Positions 38,590-46,356 of a stretch of DNA of 57,414 bases are shown piece after piece. How positions within the stretch are numbered: the first letter of the stretch is position 1; every line of letters begins with the position of its first letter. The notes beneath the pieces were generated by a model. It worked only from the letters and a program-made list of their open reading frames with translations. It made no database searches and had not been told where the DNA came from. This DNA is from a virus. Taxonomy: Duplodnaviria > Caudoviricetes. Location: positions 1 through 57,414 of IMG/VR virus record IMGVR_UViG_3300037041_002697, one strand, 5' to 3'. The position numbers and the translations under genes are program-made.

Positions 38590-38680
38590 TGCCAATAATC
38601 TGGCCAATTTCCGTCCACTATGGTAAATTTCCGCCCAAGCGTGAAAGCCCTGTAATGTCATAGTGGACGAGTTTTTACCA
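38590..38680. promoter_or_regulatory. Cluster of 17-bp TG-N13-CA boxes
   Basis: tgccaataatctggcca 38590, tggccaatttccgtcca 38601, tggtaaatttccgccca 38621, tggacgagtttttacca 38664. Confidence 0.55.
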
Positions 38681-38781
38681 CTGGTTGACAAATCTGGAAA
38701 AATTCCTTTCAAATCCTGACACTCAACCCAATTCTAAAGCTCTATAATGGCATTATTTCACTCTCTTGAAATTTATTTCAC

Positions 38782-38802
38782 TGGCATGAAATATGCTATA
38801 AT
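38782..38802 (+). promoter_or_regulatory. sigma54-type promoter TGGCATGAAATATGCT overlapping an extended -10 TGcTATAAT
   Basis: Both motifs read directly. Confidence 0.7.
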
Positions 38803-38868
38803 ATAAGTCGTAAACAGGCAATAAGCCGAAAGTATAAAAAAGTAAAAATTAAAATTTGAGGTGCAACA

Positions 38869-39147
38869 ATGAAAATGACAGATTTTTTCGATAACTTTAA
38901 AAAAGAGAATGCTAACAATTTAGATAAAGCCATCGTTAGTTTGTGTCGAGAAAACGACTGGTTTCAAACCGATGAAGATTGGCTGGGAATTGTTGCCGAT
39001 GGTTGTTACTATTGTTTAGGTGACCCATCAGCAAAGATTGAAAAAATTATTAATATGCCCACCACCGAACACGAATTAACCGAAAACGAAAATGAAGCAG
39101 AAGAAATTTTCCACGCTGCTGGAAAAACTTTTTACGTGATAGTATAA
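38869..39147 (+). CDS. Hypothetical acidic early protein
   Basis: GAGGTG RBS. Confidence 0.65.
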   Translation: MKMTDFFDNFKKENANNLDKAIVSLCRENDWFQTDEDWLGIVADGCYYCLGDPSAKIEKIINMPTTEHELTENENEAEEIFHAAGKTFYVIV

Positions 39148-39164
39148 TTAAAAGAGGTGAAACA

Positions 39165-39344
39165 ATGGAAAACTTATTAAACTTAGAACTTCCAATTTAT
39201 TATCAAAGCAAAAGCCGGTTTAACGGGAATCCGGTACAAGTAATAATTGTAAATCATAATCGTATTTTTGCCGTCGTAAAAACGACTGGCTGCGATATTA
39301 GTACAACCTTTAAGTGCAAATTAACATCGCTTTATAATGCATAA
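39165..39344 (+). CDS. 59-aa early protein (absent from the ORF track)
   Basis: gaggtgaaacaATG leader; MENLLNLELPIYY...SLYNA. Confidence 0.65.
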   Translation: MENLLNLELPIYYQSKSRFNGNPVQVIIVNHNRIFAVVKTTGCDISTTFKCKLTSLYNA

Positions 39345-39395
39345 AATAACAATCAACGCCGGCCCGCTGCGGCCGGCTTAACTTTTAATTTGGTT

Positions 39396-39467
39396 TCCCC
39401 AGTCGTATAATGGCATTACGCATGAGCACACGTGTCGGGAACGCAGGTTCAAGTCCTGCCTGAGGAG
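39396..39467 (+). ncRNA. tRNA-like element 1 (pseudo-tRNA, no valid anticodon arm)
   Basis: Acceptor tccccag/ctgagga, D arm gtataatggcattac, T arm gcagg-ttcaagt-cctgc. Confidence 0.7.
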
Positions 39468-39511
39468 CTACTTTTAAATAACTTTTTTAACTTTTAATTT
39501 GAGGTGAAACA

Positions 39512-39769
39512 ATGAAAAATTTTCAAGGTGGGGCTGTCATTAAAAACGAATCACAGCTTAATGCAGCAAATCGGTTTAGAAATGAAATTTTTAGTAAACC
39601 TTTAAGCAAGGATGAATCATTTGACGAATCCGTGAAATACGCTCCAGAATTAAATAAACCGTGTAATTTCTTTGATGGCAAATCATTCTATGCTTTTACT
39701 GGAAACTATGAGGCAGGTGCCCCGGTTCAGTGGATTTATCCAATTCAAGAATTCAGTTCCGATTTATAA
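39512..39769 (+). CDS. Hypothetical early protein
   Basis: gaggtgaaacaATG leader. Confidence 0.65.
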   Translation: MKNFQGGAVIKNESQLNAANRFRNEIFSKPLSKDESFDESVKYAPELNKPCNFFDGKSFYAFTGNYEAGAPVQWIYPIQEFSSDL

Positions 39770-39775
39770 TCCTTT

Positions 39776-39816
39776 TCCCCGGCCGTTTCGGACGTGGATC
39801 AAATCCAGCCGGGGAG
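39776..39816 (+). ncRNA. tRNA-like element 2 (acceptor stem plus T-like loop minihelix)
   Basis: tccccgg/ccgggga 7-bp stem; tgg-atcaaat-cca; same G-CTA 3' end as element 1. Confidence 0.5.
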
Positions 39817-39878
39817 CTACTTTAAATAATTAACTTTTAACTTTTTAACAAAGAGGTGAACAAAAGGAGTACTAAGGT

Positions 39879-40070
39879 ATGTTAAAGTTACAAACCCTGT
39901 TAAAACGCATTGAAGAACTTGAAAATCAGGTGCAGGAATTAACGCTGATGCTGCACGCATTGCAAGTTCAGAATGACCCGATCTACTTTGAAAAGGAAAG
40001 TCCATTTAAAGAATACGCGGATTTTTCAGAAGTCAGGTGGATCGGAAAAACAAAAGAGGAAACCGAATAA
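39879..40070 (+). CDS. Small coiled-coil protein
   Basis: AGGAG RBS; LLKRIEELENQV. Confidence 0.6.
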   Translation: MLKLQTLLKRIEELENQVQELTLMLHALQVQNDPIYFEKESPFKEYADFSEVRWIGKTKEETE

Positions 40071-40249
40071 TGAAAAAACTCATTACCCGAATTTACAAAC
40101 ACTCTAATTCAGCGGTTATTATCTATCGCTTAGGCCTGACAAAAGATCGCCTGGAATTTGACCAACCAGGCGAAATCCTGGTAACTAATGATCCCGCAGT
40201 TATCGCCTTCGCTCGCAAATACCGTCATCCAATAGAAAATTCCAAATAA
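40070..40249 (+). CDS. Small protein, possibly AbrB-like N-terminus
   Basis: TAATG coupling; RIYKHSNSAVII. Confidence 0.45.
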   Translation: MKKLITRIYKHSNSAVIIYRLGLTKDRLEFDQPGEILVTNDPAVIAFARKYRHPIENSK

Positions 40250-40272
40250 TTTTTCAAATCCTGCCAAAAAAT

Positions 40273-40288
40273 TTCAACTCTTATGCCA
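40273..40288 (-). promoter_or_regulatory. sigma54-like promoter TGGCATAAGAGTTGAA (leftward, antisense)
   Basis: Correct spacing, TTGA variant. Confidence 0.45.
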
Positions 40289-40314
40289 AAATCCTGCCTG
40301 ACCGCTGCCCGACC

Positions 40315-40412
40315 TGGTAAATTTCCGCCAGGTCTGGACAATATTCATACAGCTTTTAACAGCCTGTAGGCCACATCTGGCCAATTATTGACCAGTTGGT
40401 AATAGATTACCA
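40315..40412. promoter_or_regulatory. Cluster of TGG...CCA palindromic boxes
   Basis: tggacaatattcataca 40335, tggccaattattgacca 40378; 16-bp tggtaaatttccgcca 40315 and tggtaatagattacca 40397. Confidence 0.55.
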
Positions 40413-40484
40413 AAACTATATTGTCTTTCAACAAAATACTATCGCTTTAAAGCCTTTATTTTGGGCTTTTGAAATTTATTTTCA

Positions 40485-40500
40485 TGGCATAAAACTTGCA
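40485..40500 (+). promoter_or_regulatory. sigma54-type promoter TGGCATAAAACTTGCA
   Basis: Near-perfect -24/-12 consensus. Confidence 0.8.
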
Positions 40501-40549
40501 TATACCATAAACGTAAGCAGGCAGGAAAAGGGAAACGAAAAACAAAAAG

Positions 40550-40864
40550 GTGGATAAAATGAAATACTCAGATTTAATCATCTATATGACTCGCAAACAG
40601 GGTTTTTCCCTCCTGATTAACGGTACGGAATTCTCGATCACGAAACGATTAGATAGAAAAGCAGTCGCCTGGAGCGTAACTTCCGAAGGAACGCTGGTCA
40701 ATATCTGGAAACTCTCCCATCGGAATGGCAAATCCCTGGCAATTGACAACGGTCATCGTTTCACCATGACCACTGATACAAAGGTAACGGAACTTTCCTG
40801 TCAGATGACACACCCGGTATTCTTCGAAGCGCAAGAAGTAAAATTACGGTCGGTTACGGAATAA
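40550..40864 (+). CDS. Hypothetical early protein
   Basis: First ORF after the promoter; the start may be the ATG at 40559. Confidence 0.6.
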   Translation: MDKMKYSDLIIYMTRKQGFSLLINGTEFSITKRLDRKAVAWSVTSEGTLVNIWKLSHRNGKSLAIDNGHRFTMTTDTKVTELSCQMTHPVFFEAQEVKLRSVTE

Positions 40865-40912
40865 ACTTGACAACAGCCTGGCCAGTGCCGTCAAAAAACT
40901 GGCCAATAGTTT

Positions 40913-40975
40913 CCCATCATGGATGAGGCAGGTATCGAATAAGCGATATTCGCGGATCGTTCCCGCGTGGTGGGG
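40913..40975 (+). ncRNA. tRNA-like element 3
   Basis: Acceptor cccatca/tggtggg, T arm cgcgg-atcgttc-ccgcg, middle hairpin tatcg/cgata with a 6-nt loop. Confidence 0.55.
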
Positions 40976-41041
40976 CAAGTGATAAGTAACAAATTCTTAA
41001 TTAACTTTTTTCAACTTAATATTTTTAGAAGGAGCAACAAA

Positions 41042-41227
41042 ATGAAAGTCGTAATCGATGAAAAACGCAAAGTAATGACTATTGAAATTGACATGCAGGA
41101 ACCCGCATTGAGCGCGTCTGGCAAGAGTTTTGTAGTCGCCTCAACTCGTGGCAACGTAACGGTCGATGCAAAAGTAAATGGTAAGAACGTAACAATCGGC
41201 CTGAATGCATATATTTCGGCCAAATAA
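41042..41227 (+). CDS. Small conserved protein (SASGK...ASTRGN family)
   Basis: AGGAG RBS; recognisable motif. Confidence 0.65.
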   Translation: MKVVIDEKRKVMTIEIDMQEPALSASGKSFVVASTRGNVTVDAKVNGKNVTIGLNAYISAK

Positions 41228-41265
41228 CGAATTAATCAACTAACAAACCCGAAGGGAGATCACCA

Positions 41266-41457
41266 ATGCAGAGCGAAATATTAATCAAGCTGTTAATCGG
41301 CCTAAAAGCCATCCAAAAAATAGGCAAACGGATTGAGATTCTCAATCAGGAAGCCTTCCTGAGAATATCATGGACGTTTGAAAAGTATTTGAAGCTTGAA
41401 AAGGGTGATCTCCATCGGGCCGCATTTTTAACTGTAAAAGAGGAGTGTATAAAGTGA
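41266..41457 (+). CDS. Hypothetical protein
   Basis: GGGAG RBS. Confidence 0.55.
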   Translation: MQSEILIKLLIGLKAIQKIGKRIEILNQEAFLRISWTFEKYLKLEKGDLHRAAFLTVKEECIK

Positions 41458-41816
41458 AAACACTTAGAGACCTTCCGCAAGATATGGATAACTTGACCGG
41501 CTATATTGAAGCCACACAAAAGCGTAACAGACCTGATTTATTAAAAGATGCTGAATCTGCCGAAAATGAAGCGCGTCAAATGTTAATAATCGGATTGAAT
41601 TGGATGGAACAGCACCCAGAAAGACCGTTAAAAGTCTTAAAAGATGGTCATATTAAATTGGCAGCGGCTGAGATAATAATTGAATGGCAAAGCTTTAAGC
41701 CATCTGGAACTCTTGTTCATACTATTTTAGGCCATTTGTTATACATTCAAGCCGAATCATTCAAACAATGGTGTATTGAAATTGTAAAAGCAAAACAAGA
41801 AAGGACAGTGAAGTGA
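41445..41816 (+). CDS. Hypothetical protein
   Basis: GAGGAG RBS; overlapping start/stop. Confidence 0.55.
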   Translation: MYKVKTLRDLPQDMDNLTGYIEATQKRNRPDLLKDAESAENEARQMLIIGLNWMEQHPERPLKVLKDGHIKLAAAEIIIEWQSFKPSGTLVHTILGHLLYIQAESFKQWCIEIVKAKQERTVK

Positions 41817-42082
41817 CCTTACAAGATTTTATCGAACTCTTACGCTTCTGGCGAATAAAACACGTCATAATTAGTGATACGATTTTTGAAAATGGCATTA
41901 TTCACAAAAATCGCATCATTCAACTCTTGAAACCAAATTCCCGAATTTCCTCCCTTCGGGCACTGCAAGCGTTTGGCAAGGTGTTTGTCAATTGTCAGGA
42001 GTTTAAAATCATTCCATCATTTTTAAAGTTGGAACTCAATACCGCTAACTTAATTAAAGGAGATCGTAACGATGAAGCTTAA
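41813..42082 (+). CDS. Hypothetical protein
   Basis: GTGA overlap with the previous gene. Confidence 0.5.
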   Translation: MTLQDFIELLRFWRIKHVIISDTIFENGIIHKNRIIQLLKPNSRISSLRALQAFGKVFVNCQEFKIIPSFLKLELNTANLIKGDRNDEA

Positions 42083-42203
42083 TTCTCGCAAAGTATTTGT
42101 ACTCGGTCGGGAATCCGATTCCCGCTTAGCCAGAAAGTATCACGCATGGAATAAAAAGCGCAGAACAACGGCGAGAGCCTCCCGCAGAGTAAATGCGAGA
42201 TAA
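42072..42203 (+). CDS. 43-aa Arg-rich peptide (absent from the ORF track)
   Basis: AGGAG RBS; MKLNSRKVF...RRTTARASRRVNAR. Confidence 0.55.
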   Translation: MKLNSRKVFVLGRESDSRLARKYHAWNKKRRTTARASRRVNAR

Positions 42204-42256
42204 CTTAACTCACGCTGCCTGGATTCGCTAAAATTCAGGCAGATTTATTCCGAATA

Positions 42257-42272
42257 TGGCACGCTATTTGAA
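42257..42272 (+). promoter_or_regulatory. sigma54-like promoter TGGCACGCTATTTGAA
   Basis: Perfect TGGCACG -24 element, TTGA at -12; follows the hairpin at 42215-42243. Confidence 0.6.
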
Positions 42273-42295
42273 TAAAAAATAAGGAGTACTAAGAA

Positions 42296-42478
42296 ATGAG
42301 GTTTACATTATCAGAATGGAAAAAGTATATTTCCAAACATCAAATTACAGTTAATGAAGTTCAAGCCATTTTAAATGACTGGCAAGAAGATCGAAAGAAT
42401 TTATTACATGAGTTTGAACTATTATTACAGAAAAAACAAACCACTAATATTACTTATATTGGAAAAATTACTAAATGA
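42296..42478 (+). CDS. Hypothetical protein
   Basis: AAGGAG RBS. Confidence 0.55.
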   Translation: MRFTLSEWKKYISKHQITVNEVQAILNDWQEDRKNLLHEFELLLQKKQTTNITYIGKITK

Positions 42479-42633
42479 ATACCATACTACAAACAATCAG
42501 CCTGCTTATAATCAGCCTGGTTATTTACGGATTCCTAAAAATTTGCACCTTGATTGGTCAAGTCCGTATTAACCGAAATTCACGTATTATAACAGGCCAA
42601 AAATTTTAAATCTTTAAGAGGAGAATAACTGAA

Positions 42634-43755
42634 ATGATTATCAAAGATAGTAAAGCTTTTAAAATCGTATTGCAAAACCTGCAAAAATTTGCAGACAAAT
42701 CAAGTCACCTTGATATATTAAATTATGTCAAATTTTCTACTACCGAAGGAAGTTCAATTTTGACCATTGAGTTTTCCAATTTTATCCATTTTTCTAATAG
42801 TCGATTACAGTTTTATTACCAGCAGTCGCTTGAATTAAACCCGTCCGCAACTTTTACGACCGTGTTTTTTCTGCACCTGTCCGAATTGAAACGCCTGGTG
42901 GCCGAAATGGTCAACGCTTCAAAAATACAAATAGAAGCTGAAGGGTTAGTACTTTCAGGGAGTGTCCTGAAATTTGTCAACAGCAAAAGGTTCACAATAA
43001 ATGAATTTCCCAATTTTAAACAACCTGAACTCGAATGGCTGCCCGCGCCTGAAAACTTTCAGCAAGTTTTAACGAATGTTGAAAAATTTGTTAATGCGAA
43101 AGAAGATCGGGAATTTTTAGGCGGAACCTGGTGGTATACTAACGAAGGAAAGTTTTCCTTAATGGGTGTAGACGGGCATATTGCCTACTTTCATACCTTT
43201 ACTGACCCTGAAAGGGTTAATTTTGAGCCTTTCTGCGTGCCTTTAATTGCCAAATTCCTCAATAATTCAATTAGCACCATTGGCATTAGTAAAACGCATT
43301 TGCAACTAATCGGGCAAAATTTTATCCTGACGACTCAATTACCACAGGTTCAGGCTAAGAAGTTATGGGAATGGCAATTCAACACTCCCGAATATTTCAT
43401 TTTGACGCCTGAAATCCTGGCGAAACTCCCGAAAAAGACGGTAACTTTCTGCCTTGAACAACTCCCAAATGGAATGACTGAATTCCGCGAAACCTTTGAG
43501 CCTGCCAGCGTTGCCTGGAAATTTGAGGCCGAAATTGTATGTACTTGTAAAAATTATGTATTTGTAATTAACTGGGGTGAATTGCAAGTAATTACCAAAC
43601 TTCTGGGGGATTTTAGGGAATTGCAATTGAATTTCAATCCGCTTACCCGACTCGGAAAAACCATGATTAATGCACCAACTCCATTAATTATTAACGATGG
43701 CCAGCGAAAATTCTATTCGATGGCAGTAAAAACTTACAGTGACCAGGATGAATAA
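42634..43755 (+). CDS. Divergent DNA sliding clamp (beta-clamp/DnaN-like)
   Basis: 373 aa; ILNYVKF, NEFPNF, REFLGG...MGVDGH resembles the clamp R..L.G...ATDGHR motif. Confidence 0.65.
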   Translation: MIIKDSKAFKIVLQNLQKFADKSSHLDILNYVKFSTTEGSSILTIEFSNFIHFSNSRLQFYYQQSLELNPSATFTTVFFLHLSELKRLVAEMVNASKIQIEAEGLVLSGSVLKFVNSKRFTINEFPNFKQPELEWLPAPENFQQVLTNVEKFVNAKEDREFLGGTWWYTNEGKFSLMGVDGHIAYFHTFTDPERVNFEPFCVPLIAKFLNNSISTIGISKTHLQLIGQNFILTTQLPQVQAKKLWEWQFNTPEYFILTPEILAKLPKKTVTFCLEQLPNGMTEFRETFEPASVAWKFEAEIVCTCKNYVFVINWGELQVITKLLGDFRELQLNFNPLTRLGKTMINAPTPLIINDGQRKFYSMAVKTYSDQDE

Positions 43756-43865
43756 ATTCTAATATCACCCCGGCCTTCAATCACAAATAAAAAATAATTC
43801 CAACGTGGTTAAGCAATTGAGGGTCGGGGAATTTTTCAAATCTTTTAACGCAAGTGAGGAGCAGT

Positions 43866-44066
43866 ATGAACAAAGTAAAGACAAAAAAACTTCCGACAAC
43901 GTATGAATATACGTCAAATATGGCGGAGTATAAAATCGAAGAAGACGCTGACGGCGTTTGTACCATTTATCGTAACAACCTTTTAATTGATTGGTACTCT
44001 AAAAAAGATGCCGAAGCAAAGGTAAAAGCAATGGTAAAAGATGACAATCGTAGGAAACCTAAATGA
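43866..44066 (+). CDS. Hypothetical protein
   Basis: GAGGAG RBS; weak sigma54-like TGGTTAAGCAATTGAG at 43806. Confidence 0.55.
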   Translation: MNKVKTKKLPTTYEYTSNMAEYKIEEDADGVCTIYRNNLLIDWYSKKDAEAKVKAMVKDDNRRKPK

Positions 44067-44308
44067 ATGAACAATTAATAGAATATTTGGCTGATTACGC
44101 GCATACTGCCTGGTCGGGCTGGATGAAATATATGTTTACAAAAGCGAAATTAAATGAAGATGGATCATGGACTGTACCAACCTGGGCCGTCGAAAGATGG
44201 CAAAGACAAATGAATACTGCTTATAAACAACTACCTGACGCAGATAAACAACTTGACCGCCAAGAGGCTGAAAAAATGTTAAACATTATAGGAGAATTTT
44301 TAAAATGA
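44063..44308 (+). CDS. Conserved phage protein (RyR-like: H..WSGWMKY...RWQRQ..T.Y..L...K..DR)
   Basis: Motif pattern. Confidence 0.65.
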   Translation: MNEQLIEYLADYAHTAWSGWMKYMFTKAKLNEDGSWTVPTWAVERWQRQMNTAYKQLPDADKQLDRQEAEKMLNIIGEFLK

Positions 44309-44532
44309 CGCAACCAACGCAAATCGAAATTGCTATTGTAGATCAAATTGATTCGCAGGTGCTGACAACTAAAGTTATCCCCAGAGATACATACATTTCC
44401 GACCATTGGCCTGTCACTAATGCCCAGCGCTTGTATATTTCCCTCAAGCTTTTACCTTTCGATACTATTATCGAACTTGGAAAACTACTCAAAGCTGATA
44501 ACGATCTTCTACAAATTTTCAACATCCGTTAA
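44305..44532 (+). CDS. Hypothetical protein
   Basis: AGGAG RBS; ATGA overlap. Confidence 0.55.
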   Translation: MTQPTQIEIAIVDQIDSQVLTTKVIPRDTYISDHWPVTNAQRLYISLKLLPFDTIIELGKLLKADNDLLQIFNIR

Positions 44533-44614
44533 ACCTTCCCCTCAAATTCCAGCGAATTTTCCCATCTTTTTACTACATTCAGGCAAAATTAATAACAATT
44601 TACTAATTCTGCTC

Positions 44615-44643
44615 TTGACTTTTTAATATTTCCTTGCTATATT
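44615..44643 (+). promoter_or_regulatory. sigma70-type promoter TTGACT-N17-TATATT with TG extension (head-tail operon)
   Basis: Same hexamers as at 25833. Confidence 0.8.
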
Positions 44644-44694
44644 CAATTATAAGTGAGTAATTTTTACCCATTTTATTTTAAAAATGAGGAAATT

Positions 44695-45822
44695 ATGTCC
44701 GAAATTATACCTATCAGTAATCCCCGAATTTACATTGAACTTCGTGAAGCGAATATCAGAACGAAATGGTACAAAATCCTGTATACTGGAAAATTCGTTC
44801 ATGGAAAATTTGGTGAATTTAATATCACCACCGAAGACCTCAAACAAGGTAACGCTAACTTTAATGCTGGTGTTGGTGTCCGCAAGACAGCGGAACAAGC
44901 TTTTTTCCTTCCGGGAAATTATCAGCACGCGTCATTTGACGCTAACCCTGAATACGCCAAAGCCTCAGGCCGAATACACGAACTAAAATTGGAAGACGAT
45001 GCAACCTGGGCACGCATCGAATGGACTGAAAAGGCGCAGGAATATATCACGAAAAAAGAATTCAGTTTTATTTCTCCCGAATTTATGCTGAATTTTACGG
45101 ATGAGTTCGGGAAGGAACACGGCTTTACCTTTGTGGGCTTTGCCCTGACGAATGAAAATTTTTTAAAGGCCGGTCAAACCGAAGTAACCCTCATGGCAGG
45201 AGCGGAGCCTCCACTTGCTGCCAGTTCAAATATAGCTACAAATACCAATCAAAATTCAATTGAATTAATTAACAAAGGAAATAACATGAATCCAGAAATT
45301 TTAAAGTTAATGGGCGTATCTGATGAAGCACAGGTGCTTACCAAAATTCAAGAAACGCTTCAAATGAATTCCACTTTGCAGGAGCAGGTGAAAAAACTCA
45401 CGGATGAAAAGGCAAAAGTTAGTGTCGATTTGCAAGCAGTCAATGGTCGCCTGGCGGAGTTGGAAGCCCGTCAAAAGCTGATGGATGCGGAAAAGGTTAT
45501 TGACAGCAAGATTTTCAATCTGGCCACCAACTCAGGGCGAATCGCTCCCGAACAAAAGGAAATCTGGGTGAAGGCTTATATTGCCAATCCTGAAATGACC
45601 TTAACCTTGATCGATTCCCTGCCTGAAATCAAGGCCACAACTCCGCAAGGTTCAGGGACAGCAAAGATACAACTTTCTGACCCGATGGATGAACTCCACA
45701 ATGAGGCGGTTAAACTGATGGCTACTGATAAATCCCTGAAATATGACAAGGCAGTCGCACAAGTGTTGAACGTCCGTAAAGACCTGAAAGCTCGTTATAC
45801 TTCTCCAGTTCAGGCGATGTAA
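44695..45822 (+). CDS. Mu I-like prohead protease/scaffold
   Basis: YQH, ASGRI..L, WARIEWT..A, FISPEF, ALTN; coiled-coil scaffold C-terminus. Confidence 0.9.
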   Translation: MSEIIPISNPRIYIELREANIRTKWYKILYTGKFVHGKFGEFNITTEDLKQGNANFNAGVGVRKTAEQAFFLPGNYQHASFDANPEYAKASGRIHELKLEDDATWARIEWTEKAQEYITKKEFSFISPEFMLNFTDEFGKEHGFTFVGFALTNENFLKAGQTEVTLMAGAEPPLAASSNIATNTNQNSIELINKGNNMNPEILKLMGVSDEAQVLTKIQETLQMNSTLQEQVKKLTDEKAKVSVDLQAVNGRLAELEARQKLMDAEKVIDSKIFNLATNSGRIAPEQKEIWVKAYIANPEMTLTLIDSLPEIKATTPQGSGTAKIQLSDPMDELHNEAVKLMATDKSLKYDKAVAQVLNVRKDLKARYTSPVQAM

Positions 45823-45893
45823 GATTTACAAATTGTTTAATAATTTTTCAAAATTCGTATTTAACTTTTAACAAAAATAAAGGGCTTTAAATT

Positions 45894-46280
45894 ATGTACA
45901 CCTACGATGGAACAGACGTTACCTTTCCCGCGAATGCTGATTTGTCAACGTATCAATTTTGTGCGATGACACTTACCAGCGGGAAGGCGACTCCACAAAC
46001 CAGTAATAACGGCGCGATGGTGGGGATTTTGCAAAACAAACCTGACGCTGCCAATCAAGGCGCGGTAATTCGAGTTGCCGGCGTTTCGCTGGTTAAAATG
46101 AATGAATTGGTCGCGGCTATGAAGCACGTAACGGTCGCAAATTCAGCCGGTGGCAAGCTTGAAGTCGTTGATGCTGCCAATGAACTAGCAGTCGGGTTAA
46201 TTCTTGAAGCATCCGGTGCAGCCAATGACCTGGTTCCGATGTTACTTGATTCCTGTTATGTAATTGCTTCTGAAGCTTAA
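45894..46280 (+). CDS. Capsid cement/decoration protein (DUF2190-like)
   Basis: VGILQNKP, GxxLEASGAAND; between protease and capsid. Confidence 0.8.
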   Translation: MYTYDGTDVTFPANADLSTYQFCAMTLTSGKATPQTSNNGAMVGILQNKPDAANQGAVIRVAGVSLVKMNELVAAMKHVTVANSAGGKLEVVDAANELAVGLILEASGAANDLVPMLLDSCYVIASEA

Positions 46281-46356
46281 CGGATATTTAACGGTTTAAT
46301 TAACTTTTAACAGATTAGAATTTTTTCGCTAAAAATAAAATAAGGACTTACAAATT

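Noticed and set aside
39396-39467. Functional decoding tRNA
   Set aside because: No 5-bp stem with a 7-nt anticodon loop can be drawn, so no amino acid was assigned.
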